From Lama glama (lineage: Eukaryota), in assembly GCA_028534125.1 (NCBI GenBank), contig CM052816.1:5148001-5212000 (forward strand): a stretch of DNA of 64,000 nucleotides. Direction: 5' to 3'. Of the stretch, positions 49,335 to 60,950 are shown piece after piece (position 1 is the stretch's first letter; each line of letters starts with the position of its first letter). The notes under the pieces were generated by a model, which was not told where the DNA came from, made no database searches, and was given only the letters and a program-made list of their open reading frames with translations. The position numbers and the translations under genes are program-made.

Positions 49335-50827
49335 CCCCTTCCCCAAAGATGATCTCTTAGAATCAAGAAAAGTGTGCCTTCACTCTGAAAATTACCAAAA
49401 CCAGGACAGCACCTTATATCTCACTCTACTTATTTAATTTAACCCTCAAAAAATTTTAAGCTATCCCCGTTGGATGAATGAAGAAACTGAGGCTCAGAGA
49501 AGTCAAGGGATTTGCCTCAGGTCACACAGCTTAGGACTCAAACCCAGGTTTGCCTGATTCTCTCCTCTGCAGCCTGACTCTGCTGCTAGCTGGATGTATG
49601 ATCTCAGGCAAGTCACATCTCTTTTCCCAAGCCTCAGTCCTGTCCCCCCACCAGGTACACGCGCGTGCGTGTACACAAACACACACACCGTCATTGTAGA
49701 AGGGGAGGGTCACATGAGGCCATGGATATGGGAGTGCTTTAGGCATTACAAGCTGCTCTCTGTGACTGAAAAATTATTAGCGTAGGTGATGCAGAAAGTA
49801 CCAAAGGGCCCCTTCTCTGTGATGACCACCTTGGGAGTCCCAATATTCTCACAGGATCTTCCTGTGAGTCAGGGTGCTGTGTCTCCCCAGTCCTCCATTA
49901 AGCTTACGGAAGCATTTTAATCAGCAGTTGTGAATACCACCTCCCTGTGAGAAAAGTGTTCTTGGCTCCCATTCAACAGATGAAGAAACTGAGGTACAGA
50001 GAGGTAAGTCTTTGCCCCAGGGGATGCAGTTTGTGCCCAGGGGGAACCTGGGAGCAGACATCAGTCCCTAGACCCCAGGCTGTGGCTTCCCAGTGGGTGA
50101 CACACTCCTGGTGAGCAAGTCAGAGGGCAGCACTGGAAGAAAGGGGGCCAACGTACCGTTCTGCCCTGGGGGTGGGGTGGGGGAGATAAGTCCCACCGAG
50201 CCCTCCAGCTCCTTCCTTCCACCCACCCCCTCTTTCTGGGCTGGAGATTTCTCAGCCAAGCCAGCCCCTCCCCCACCATGCAAATGCCCCCAGCCCTGCA
50301 AGCTTCATTCTCACCTGCTTGTGAACAACTTTAATTCCACACCTCGGCCACTTTCTTTACTGGAGAGAGGAGTCTGGAGTGGGGAGCCAGTCAGATTTAG
50401 GGATGGGCTCAAGATGGAAGGGGTGAACATAGGGGTTTGACAAGGACCTCCATCTAGCCAAGCTGCTCTCATGTTTTAAACTATTGGAACCCAGAAAGGG
50501 GCTCAAAGTCTCACAGTCAGGCAGGGGCAGAACCTGGGCCTGAATTTAGGGGTCCTGAGCTCCAGGTCTAACGATCTTGCCCTTCTTTGCTTTGTGCTGT
50601 GAGTTCAAATGGCAAGAGACTTAGCTACCAGCAGGAAAGAGACACTGGAAAATACTTGTTGTACATGGATGAATGAATGAATGAATGAATACTGGTCCAT
50701 CCTCTGGGGGGAGAATAGGGGTGTGTGATACTGACTCCTCTGTGGGACCCTACCTTACCTCCTTGAAACCATCTCTCCCCCTTTCCTTGATTTTCACCAG
50801 GGTTCCCTCCTTTCCCCAGAGAGTTGT

Positions 50828-50841
50828 GCGCCACCTAGAGG
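50828..50841 (-). promoter_or_regulatory. Candidate CTCF site
   Basis: Reverse complement CCTCTAGGTGGCGC, one mismatch to CCACTAGGTGGCGC. Confidence 0.55.
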
Positions 50842-51114
50842 AAGCTGGGAGCCCGGCACCCTCAAGCGCTTCTAAGGTGGCCCCTACCGGCTTCCAGTCT
50901 CTTACCTGATGCCAGGAGGCATCGTTCTGACCAGGCTCAGCATCAGTAAACATCTAGTGAATGACAGCATTCTTGCAGCAGAAAGGACTTAGAGTAGAAT
51001 ATGCCATACATGTTCCCACAGTGGTATTTTCTTCTCAGAAGCCACTTTCAAGGCCTTTCCCTTCCCCCTTTCCCACCTCCTCGGTTTCCTGACCTTTAAA
51101 AAATACAGACAGAA

Positions 51115-51560
51115 GAAACAGTATCACATCTGTGGTGTTCCTTTTGCATAACCTGAATCTATCATCAGATGAAACTCATTTAAGGGACATTCTACAACAT
51201 ACTTGGCCAGTAATCTCCTAAAGTGTCAAGGTCGTGAAAGTCAGAGAAAGTCTGAGGGATTGTCCCAGGCTGAAGGAGACCCAGGAGACGCAACTGAGCA
51301 CGCACATGATTCTGGTGCGGTGCACAGTCTCCGATGGGGTCCGAGGATTCGATGGGAGAAGTGTGTCAGTGGGCATCTCCTGGCGGTGATGGTTGTATTA
51401 CAGTTTGCAGGAGGTGGTCCGTGTTTATTGGAAATAAACATCAGTGTTCAGGGGAGGTGGGGCATCAGATCAGCAACTTATTCCCAAATGGTTCAGAGGA
51501 AAAAACTTCTGTGTACTTTACTCTCAACTTTTCTATACATTAGAAATTGTTGCAATTAAA
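51115..51560 (+). mobile_element. Old L1MC-type 3' UTR
   Basis: gcataacctgaatcta..agggacattctacaa..aaagtgtcaaggtcgtgaaa..caaatggttcag. Confidence 0.8.
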
Positions 51561-52007
51561 ATGTATGTAGGTAGCTCTTCTAAAAATTTATGTATATATA
51601 TTTTAAAATGTATGTAGCTTCAAAAATAAATCCAATTAATGTACTGCAGGAAAAATATGCAGACAGTTATACCTCCTCCTTCAGACTGGAATGGTGGTGA
51701 AATGAAAATCTGTAATTGTACTATCATTTACTGAGCTCTGACTAAGGGCTTTCCATTCATCACCCTATTCACTTCTCACATGCTCTGTCTGTGGAGCAGC
51801 TATCCTCACTCTCCTTTTTTAGGTGGAGAAACTGAGATTCACGGGGGTTGTTGAAGTGACCCAGCCAACGTGGCTGAATCTGCAGCCCTCAGTCTCAGCA
51901 CTGAACTGTGCTGCCTTCCCTGCAGCTGCGGTCAGCCCAGGGCCTGCCCCACGCTCTAAGTACGGCCCTCTCCTTTCCTCATCTCCATTAGTCAAAATCT
52001 TGCTATT

Positions 52008-52180
52008 TAAAAACAAAACAAAACAAAACAAAAACCCACAAAAACAAACACCAAAACAAAATTAAAAAAATAAAATAAAAATAAAATAAATAAGCCTAAT
52101 TCCTCCCCCCCAAAATAAATAAGATTAAAACTTAAAAAAAAATACACAAAAACAAAAAACAAAACAAAACAAAAAAAAAG
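52008..52180 (+). mobile_element. Headless (5'-truncated) vic-1-like SINE
   Basis: aataagcctaattcctcccccc body between A-rich tracts; TSD aaaatcttgctatt / aaaatcttcgtatt. Confidence 0.75.
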
Positions 52181-52289
52181 AAAATCTTCGTATTCATTAA
52201 GATTAGGCTCGTATGCCATTTCTCCAGGAAGTCTCCTAGGATTCTCCCACGGGATACAAATCTCCATCTCTGAGATCAATCCTTCTCAT

Positions 52290-52820
52290 GGTCAATCATT
52301 CATTCACTAAAGAAATGTTAGTTCAGAGTCTTCCAGGTGGCGGGGACGTGCCAGGTGGCGGGGACGTGTGGATGTCTAAAACAGACGCTCTTCCCACCCC
52401 TGTGGAAACGGAGACTCAAATTGCCAACCAACGAACACACATATAATCCCAAATTGGTGGGAGCCATCAGGCAACAGACAGGTGCTGTGACCGCAGGGTG
52501 GTCGGAGGCCTCTGGGCAGGACAGCATCACGGGTACAGGGCAGGTGGGAAGAGCTGAGACCGGCATGCGGTCGGCTTGCTGGAGGAGCTGGGGGCAAAGC
52601 AGCACTAGAGAGAATGGAGGTGCAGAGCGGAGGCCCACGAGCACGGCGGGCAGGGGCGAGATCCCACAGGGCTGGGGCCGTTTTTAAGGAAACTGATCTT
52701 CACTGGACTGCAGAGAAAGCCACTTGTGGGTTGTGAGGAGAGAGCGGCAGAGATTTACATGTTTAAAAGACCACTCTGGGGCAGCTGTGGAAGATCAGAG
52801 GGGATGAGAGTGGAAGCAGA
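52290..52820 (-). mobile_element. L2 LINE fragment containing an 18-bp tandem duplication
   Basis: tcattcattcac start and tttaaaagaccactctggg..gagagtggaagcag; CCAGGTGGCGGGGACGTG twice at 52333-52368. Confidence 0.7.
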
Positions 52821-53348
52821 TGGGTCCTTATCTCTCCCTCCCTGTTTTCTGGTCCAGTTCGGGTCTTATCTTGCTTTCTAGAGAGCTGCTTGCGGCCAGG
52901 GAAGGCGTCTGTCTCAGAGGTCGCAGAGCCCAGGCTGTCCCTCCTAAGCTCAGCCAGAAGGCTCCATCTGCTAGTCTAAGCTCTGTCCCTGGGGACAATC
53001 TGGGACACACTCTGCTCTCTGCTCCCCAGGGCTCTGTGGCCCCAGCACGGGTGGAATGTTTGACAGAGGAGTCCACGTGTTCTCCAAACAGACCTTGATT
53101 CATGTTTCCAGGAGAAACTTGCAAACAGACTTCTGCCGGCTGCATCCATCAGAGGAGAGATGGGCTCTGTAAACAAAGGCCCACAGACTGTCTCCAGCTA
53201 CAGGCAGACACCCCTCCTGTGGGTCACTGCGGCACCCTGCTGCTCCCTGGCCACGCGGGCTGTGCTCTGTGCCAGGCCCCTCTCTAGAGCCGCAAAGACA
53301 TACTGTCCTGCGCTGCCCCATTTTGCAGGTGAGAAAACAGAGGCTCAG

Positions 53349-53552
53349 AACAACAAGGACCTACTGTAGAGCACAGGCAACTATATTCAATTTCCTGTAA
53401 TAACATAGAATGAAAAAGAATCTGAAATGAAAAAATATATATGTATGTATATGCATAAATGCATCACTTTGCTGTACACCTGAAACTCACATTGTAAATC
53501 AACTTCGCTTCAATAAAAATTTTAAAAATAAATAAGTATATTAAAAAGAGAA
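53349..53552 (+). mobile_element. L1 3'-end stub inserted in a MIR
   Basis: Perfect TSD AGAAAACAGAGGCTCAG at 53332-53348 and 53553-53569. Confidence 0.92.
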
Positions 53553-53669
53553 AGAAAACAGAGGCTCAGGGATGTTAAGTCAGTGGCCAAGGTCACACAG
53601 TCAGCCCAGCTAATACAAGCACTATCCTGTATTCGCCTACCCTACTAGGAATAAAATTAACAGTAAGGA

Positions 53670-53905
53670 ATATTTCTGAGTACCCATGTGCCAAGCACTG
53701 TTCTAGGTGTTTTATCAGATCAATTCATTTCATCCTCACAACAACCCTATGAGGTAAAGGGGTCTTATTTTCCCATTTTTCATATGGGTAAACCAAAGCA
53801 AAGAGAGAGAGGCCAGATGATTGCCCAAAGTCACACTGAGAGTAAGTGGGGAAGGTGGAACTTGAACCCAGGTGCTGTGAGCCCAGAGCCCACATTTCAC
53901 TCCAC
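53670..53905 (-). mobile_element. MIR SINE
   Basis: atcctcacaacaaccctatgaggta..ttgcccaaagtcacac..ttgaacccagg. Confidence 0.85.
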
Positions 53906-54939
53906 CTATGGCTTCCCTGGCCTCCCAGGACCTAAGGGGATGCTGGTTCCTTTCACTCACTTCTGTCTCTGTTTAAGGAGTAGGGAAACCAAGGCCCCAA
54001 GAGGGAAGTGAGTCCCAGCCACCCAGCTTCCCTGGCAGCGGGGCCTGGGGTCTGTGGGGGCTCCTTTTCCAAGGCCAGGATAGGCCCTGGAGGACTGGTT
54101 CTCCTCCCAGCAATGCCGCTGCCTTGCTGTGCGAACCACAGCAAGTCACATCCCTTCCCTGAGCCTCGGCTTCCCTATCTACTCAGTGGGAATGACAGCT
54201 CCAGTCCTCACCCACATTGTAAGGAAAACCAGGGGGGTGAAGGGCTGGTGGGACGGGCTGAGCTTCCTGGCCTGGATTCCTAGCCCGTGAACAGAATGGC
54301 CAAGCAGCTGTTCAGCCTGGGGTTGAAAGCCCCAGGAGTGGGGCTGGGCTGGGCCGCCCCCATTGTGAGACCCCCCACCTTGGGCTCCAGCCCAAATTGC
54401 CAGACACAGACCTGAGAGGAGGGCCCCCCTCCCATGGGGGTGACCAGGAGCCAGCCGGCTGGCCATTTGTCCACAGATGGGTGTGCAGATAACAAGCGTC
54501 TGGAGATAAGGCAGGGCCTGCGAGTGGCCCAGTGGAGAGTCAGGCCGGGCCCCAGGGCGGCAGGGCAGAGAGAGATGGACCCCAGCCCTGAGGCCTGCCT
54601 GGACAGGCTTCTCCCACCCCACAGCAGTGGGCTGGTGCCCTCTGCTCTTCTGAATTGGCCCCCACCCGTAACCAAAACAAAGCAGAATAGAGCAAACATA
54701 TAAACAAACAACAACAAAAAACAAATGCTTTTTATCAAAAGTGCCGCTTAAGCTGGAGAGAGCCCTGCATTCCAGGCTCTCCCTGCCACTGACTTCCTGG
54801 GCAGCCTGTATCCATTACGTAGCTGGCAGACTCCAAGTCTTAGTTTCCACATCTGGGCAGTGGGCATAGGGATTCAGCTCCCTCCTTCCTCACAAATAGA
54901 AAAAAAAAAAAAACAACAAAGATAAGCAGCTAACACCAT

Positions 54940-55085
54940 GCTAACGCTGTGAAGTAGGTACTGTTATCCCCACTTTACAGATGGAGAAACTGAGACATGA
55001 AGGGCTGAGGTCACACAGCCAGTACGTGGCGAGGTTAAGATTCCAATGTAGGCAATAGGATTCTAGCTCTGGGCTCTTCACTGCC
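54940..55085 (-). mobile_element. MIR SINE
   Basis: gtaggtactgttatccccactttacagatggagaaactgag..aggtcacacagc. Confidence 0.85.
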
Positions 55086-55233
55086 TGAAATGTCACTGCT
55101 AATTTTATTCAAGGAACAAAGTAAATGGCCATTCAAGCCCATTTTGGTTTAAAAAATACACACATTGATATTTGTATATTCAAAGACATTTTCAGGAAAA
55201 TATACTTGCAAATATTTACAGCATCGGTATCCA

Positions 55234-55460
55234 GAGCGGGGCTTGCAACCTCGGCTCTATGACATGATAGGCTGGGTGCTTCTCTGCCGTGGAAGGGCTG
55301 CCGTGCAGGACTGGGTGCAGCATCCTTGCCTCCATTCATTAGATGCCAGTAGCAGCACTGCCTCCTCCCCCACCCCCAAGCTGGACAACCAGAAATGTCT
55401 CCAGTAACTCCCAGATGTCCCCTGGGGAGCACACCCCTCCCACCCCATTAAAAAGCAGTG
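55234..55460. mobile_element. MER20 hAT-Charlie element
   Basis: caacctcggctctattgacat..cagcatcc..tagatgccagtagca..acaaccagaaatgtctcca..atgtcccctgggg. Confidence 0.85.
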
Positions 55461-56384
55461 ACCTAATGGCTAAGCAGGGCAATGGATTTCTAAGCCCTAT
55501 TCTGGAAATGTTGCCATGTGCAAGCATGACACGTTGAAATGAGAAGAAACATCAAGAAAGACAGAAAAATAAAGAAAAGTCACTGGATGATGGATAGAAG
55601 GGTGGAAAGACAAATGAATGTTGCCTGAAGGAGCCAGATGAAAATCAGAGTCTGGGTGTTCTGGGCAAGCATACTGAATCCAGTCGATCCCTGCCTTTCA
55701 CGGAGAGGAAAGGGAGGCTCATGGAGGGAAGGGGCTTATCTGAATCCACAGAATGGGCTGGTGTGTTGGCTCCTGGTCCAGTGCCCTCAACCCCAGAATG
55801 CAGAAAAGCAAATCAGAGGACAGCCAAGCCAAGAAAACATCCTTGCTTCTGCAGCCTGAGGCTCCAGGGCTTGAGGGCAGAGCTGCCAGGCAGCCTGCCT
55901 AATAGTCTCAGGTGATGGCTGGAACATTCCGGAGGCAAGTGACTCCGCCTGCGACCTGGCTTGCATGGAGCCCTCATGTGTAGGCAAACACATGCACACA
56001 CCCCCGAGGGCGAGATGAGCGGGGAGAGTCTGTTCCATGGCCCCGTGTGCTGGCAGCAGAAACAGGAGACTAAGTCAGATCGCGGTCGCTGGGAGCCCCA
56101 CGCCGGGGAGATGGTGGGGAGCCCTAGGGCTGCTGAGAGTAGGATGAGCTGTGGCTACGGTATTGAAAGGAGACCCTCTCCTAGGAGGTGGTGAGGATGA
56201 CAGCTCTCCTTCACTGAACACTTACTAGGTGCCCACAGTGTGTCTCCAGGGAGGAGGCAGGATTCAGGTCTGGGTGCGTCTGGCTCCAGGGCTTGAGCTC
56301 CCAGCCTGGCCGCTCTCCTCCAGCGCTGCCTCTGGGGAGGACTCGGCAGTGGCGCTCATCACGACAGCCAGGAGGTGCAGCAAG

Positions 56385-56810
56385 GTGAGTGTCTGTGCAC
56401 GGACAACGGATAGCAAAACGAAGTCCATACATACAAGGGAATAGGATTCAGTCTTAAAAAGGAAGGAAATTCCCACACAGGCCACAATGGATGGGCCTTG
56501 AGGACATCATGCTATGTGAAATGAGCCAGTCACAACACAACAGATACTGTACGGTTCCACTCCTACGAGGGACCCAGAGGGGTCAAAGGCATACAGACAA
56601 AAGGAGAGTGGTGGTCACCAGCGGGGGACGGGGAGAAGTGGAGGTTGTTGTTTGTTGGCTGCAGAGTTTCAGTTTTGCAAGATGAAGAGAGTTCTGGAGG
56701 TGGATTGCCCAACAATGTGATCATACTTAACATGACTCGACAGTATACTCAAGAATGCTTAAGATGCTAAGGGTTACGTTATGTGTATCTTACCATAATT
56801 AAAGTAAAAA
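56385..56810 (+). mobile_element. L1MB-like 3' UTR
   Basis: ttaaaaaggaaggaaattc..ccttgaggacatcatgct..agagtttcagttttgcaagatgaa. Confidence 0.85.
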
Positions 56811-56834
56811 GGATGAGGCAGAACATGGGTGAGA

Positions 56835-57440
56835 CAGTCAGGGTTCCCTGAGGGAAGCAAAACCACTGTGATTTCTGAAATAAGACATTTTATGCAAATA
56901 TATGTATGTATATGCATGACTGGGACACTGTGCTGTACACCAGAAATTGATACACTGTAACTGACGGTACTTCAATAAAAAAAATTATAAAAATACATGA
57001 AGTAAGGCATTGTTATGGGGGGATGATTGGGGGAGTGGGGATTCAGGAGGGACACTGGAGGGTAAGAGGAGCCCTGTGATCTGAGAGCCCTGGGAGGGTT
57101 GTGGGAAGCTGAGTCTTGGTGGCTGAGTCTCTCTGATCCACCCTCACCGTCTGGGTGCTGGGTCCCAGCCCCCGTTGTTCAGCTGGGCCATTGGCTGGCA
57201 AGATGAGCTGGACGTGGAGAGAGATGAGTGAGGAGATCCTGCTGCCACCTCTGAGTCTACCCAGTGGGCATCTGACCACCACAACCTCGAGAGAGGGACG
57301 GCCTCTTAGCTTCCGCCTTCCAGACCCCCAACACACTCCTCTCCTGGCCGCCTCTAACCAGACCCCCCCCCAACCGGGGAAGGCACTTTAGGAACCAAAG
57401 TTCCAAGCTTAACCAAGATGACCAAGAACACATCATCTCA
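56835..57440 (-). mobile_element. Probable old ERVL-type LTR, interrupted by an L1 stub
   Basis: cagtcagggttccc..aagcaaaaccact and agttccaagcttaaccaagatgac ends resemble ERVL LTR termini. Confidence 0.4.
56893..56997 (+). mobile_element. L1 3'-end stub
   Basis: tatatgcatgactgggacactgtgctgtacaccagaaattga..caataaaaaaa; imperfect TSD tgaaataagacatt / tgaagtaaggcatt. Confidence 0.88.
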
Positions 57441-57514
57441 CGGGGCGACGGTGGTGTCACCTACTGGACACAGTTAACTGAAAAAGATGGAGCAAAACAT
57501 GAATGGTAGGCATA

Positions 57515-57670
57515 TTGTTTTTTTAAGCTGTAGTAAAAAACACATCAATTTTACCATTTTCATCATTTTTAAGTGTACACTTCAGTGGCGTGCAGGACAT
57601 TCACACTGCTGTACAATCATCACCACTATCCTTCTGCAGAACTTTCTTACCATCGCAAACTGAAACTCTG
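57515..57670 (-). mobile_element. L1MB-like 3' end
   Basis: atttttaagtgtacacttcagtggc..acattcacactgctgtacaatcatcacc. Confidence 0.8.
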
Positions 57671-59221
57671 AGCACATCATTTTCTCAGGACACACACATG
57701 CACACGCCACACCCACACCCACACAGCCCTCTACCTCTGTGTGCACAGAATCTCTCTGGAAAGATACTCAAGAAACCAAGAAACTCAGTGGTTGTCTCTG
57801 GAGATGGGGACTGGCAGGCAGAGGTGGGAGAGAGATTTATTGTTAGAGACTTAATTTTCACTTTTTATTCTTTTGTATTGTTTGAACATGTATTTTTATT
57901 CATTTTTTCCCCCCGGAAGCTGCTCTTCTCCCTTAACTCTGAGTTTAGAAGGAAGGTCTCCTCCTCCTTTACCAAACAGATCAGAGCACTGTGCTTGCCT
58001 GCCTCCGCCCGGAACACACAGCCTCCAGCACAGTTTGGTGTGGGATATGGACGGCTGGGCAGTGTGACTCACCATGTGGCCTTAGGCCAGAACTTTCACT
58101 CTCGGGGCCTCAGTGTCCCTGTCTGTACAAGGAAAGGCTTGGAATCGATGGCGCCTAAGAGTCTGTGATGCTCAGGGATGTCTTGATTCTAATCAAGGTT
58201 GTAGAATTCGCCTGGAGGCTGGGTCTTTGCGGTGGAAGCCGAGATGCAGGCATATAGAGGGACGGGAAAGGCAGTGGGAATGGGAGGAGAAACAAGAGTT
58301 CCTGGTTACCTTCTGCTCAGAGAAGCCAAGGGCTGGCCCCAAACAAAGTTAGCTTCAGTAATGGAGGTAGCAGCTCCCGTCAAACAGTCTTGGGACACTG
58401 CAGGCTTCCTTGTCATCCTCATCTTAATTCTTCTCTCACATAGTAAAATATATCCACAACTATTAAAACAGCAAATGCTCACTTTATATGCTGTAAAACC
58501 ATCTAGTTTACCACACTCGGGGAACCGCTGATCTGGTCAAATGCGATCACAGTACAGCGGTTATGTCTGGTGCCCTGGAGAAGGCAGTACAGGGGGTGGT
58601 TAATACCTCTGGACTTAGGCAGATTTCCATTGCAGCCCCCCCCAGCACGTGGTAAATGCTACCTAAATGTTAGCCATTACTATTATTACATGCTATAAAA
58701 GGAAATTATTACACACTGTAAAATGTAAAATAAAAAATGAACTTATACCTTGTGTTTAAAAACTAATATGGATATAATAAATACTTAATTACAACATAAT
58801 TAGCCATAGGAAGCCTCCAGAAAGAGGCACAGGACATTGAAAGATCCATGGGCTGCCTCTAGGGAAGGGGTTAGCGGTCGGGAGTGTGCCATAAGTTCTG
58901 TACTTTAAAGAATGGCTTGACTTTCAAACTTATAACAGTATGGATTTTAAACAATCATTATGAGGCTGATTCCAGGCCTGGGGCAGGAAATGTACAAGAT
59001 GAGCCTGGGACACCTTATAATTAATACTAAAGAGCAAGGATGCTCTGGGACTACTGGAGTCATGCTAAACTGAAGAGTCTTCCACTGCCTAAAGAGAAAA
59101 GGTGGAGAAAAGGAGTGTTAATAAGGATAAAAAACTGTGATGAATCTAGAGTTCGTAAAGAAACATAAACAAGGCAGCCAACACATAAGTAAATACCTCA
59201 CTGGTCTGCAGAAGATGCTGG

Positions 59222-59632
59222 GTGTGACTAGTGGCAAAGATGGACTCAATTCCTCACCCTTCCCTGAACCTGTGGGGAATGCTACAGCTCCTCGCATTGG
59301 GAGCTGAAATCTATGTCCCCACCCCTTGAAGCTAGGCCATGTGACTTGCTTTAGCCAACAGATGCTGGCGAACACAACCCCGCAGAGGCCAGCAACATGC
59401 TTCCATGGTTGGGCTTGCCCTTAAGCTACTACCCTCAGCGCTCAGACATGTCCTGGGGGAGCTCACTGGCCCCAAGAGAGTAAGAGACACATGGAGCAGA
59501 TCCAAGCCTCTACTTCAAGCAAATCCAGCTGCCCCACCCACATGAGAGAAAATCACACGCTTGTCTTCTGTACCACTGAGTTTGGGGTGCTTTGTTACTC
59601 AACACTATTGTGGCAATAGCTGACTCATCCAG
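59222..59632 (+). mobile_element. MaLR solo LTR (MLT1F/G/H-like) within an old L1 3' UTR
   Basis: ccccttgaagctaggccatgtgacttgctttagccaa..tttgttactcaacactattgtggcaatagctgact. Confidence 0.8.
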
Positions 59633-60479
59633 ATATGATAACGGTATTGTAGTTTATTTTAAAAGAAGACCCTACATTTCAGAGTTATAAACTAAAATAT
59701 AAAATATGCAAATTTTTTAAAATATTAATATCTCAGTCATATATGTTAATATTATAAATTGTGAATTATTAAATTCATTTATTAAAAATGAATTTATTTC
59801 CAGAGGAAAACTGTATTCTGATGTCAGACCCTATATAAAACCATGTGTCTTATCTTGAGTTAACTCAAGTCTCAGTGTCCCTGAGGCACGTGTCTCCTCT
59901 CCTGCAGTGCTGTAGGGGCCTGGAGTCCTGGAGGGTCAAAGTGAGGCGGGAATGTGGACTATGCTGCCTGTGTCCTCACTGGGGGAGTCTAAGGACCGTG
60001 GAGGTGAAGGGACCTGCCATAGGTCACTGTGAGCTGAGACTCCCACCCAGGACCCCCGACTCCTCGGCTTTCTACTCTTCTACAGTGCTAAGAGCAGAGG
60101 CCACAGCTGGCTGTGGGCATCTCCTCCCCTTCCCAGGCTTGGCCTGGAAAAGTCCAGAACTCATTACCCAGCCCCGTCCTGTATCAATTCCCAACCCGGG
60201 GGTCCCTGAGAAATGATACCTTTTAAGTATCCCTGAGCTGAAACTTTAGAGTGGCTCCCTTCGTAATCCATCTGCCTCCTCTCTCTGTCCTCCCCACCGA
60301 GCCCCATCCACCTAGGTCTGTGAAGGAAGGGATCCTGTACAACTTCGCTCCCTCCTGACCTCTGAGTCCCTCCCCTGGACGACATCCACCTAGCCCTGTC
60401 CCCTCTCCCTCTTCTACACCGGCATCTCCTCTCTCCACACAGCAGAGCGACCTTTGAGCAGATGCAACAGATCCGCACG

Positions 60480-60950
60480 GCCTCTTTTTAACCTCTTCCG
60501 TGACTCCCCACAGCTCTCAGGATAAAGGTCTCAGCCTCAAGATCACAGCCCTCTGTGACCCAGCTCCTGCCACACTCACTTCACCCAGGCTCCCTCTCAT
60601 CTACTGAGCTCCGGCCTCACCAGTGCCTTTTAGGTCTTTGTACTCAAAGCCCTCTCTCTTGTTGCGGGTCTCTGTATACTCTGTTCCCTCCACTTGGAAC
60701 ATTTGTTCTTGTCCTGTCCCCCTTTCCTTTAAGGCTCACCTTAAGTGTGGCTTCCTCCAGTAAACTTTCCCTGACCCCTGGTAGACTCAGGGACACTCAG
60801 GAGGCCCTGTGCACCCCCATTTCTCTTTCTGTACTGTATTTGTCTGTTCCTTTCCATGATTAGGGGGTCTTGCTCAGCACAGGGCCCCACCAAGGCCTGC
60901 TCTGTATTAGGTGCTTGATGAACATTCAACAAACAGATGAATGAATGAAT
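60480..60950 (+). mobile_element. L2 LINE 3' fragment
   Basis: ctcaggataaagg..cttcctccagtaaactttccctgacc..atgaatgaatgaatg end. Confidence 0.7.
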
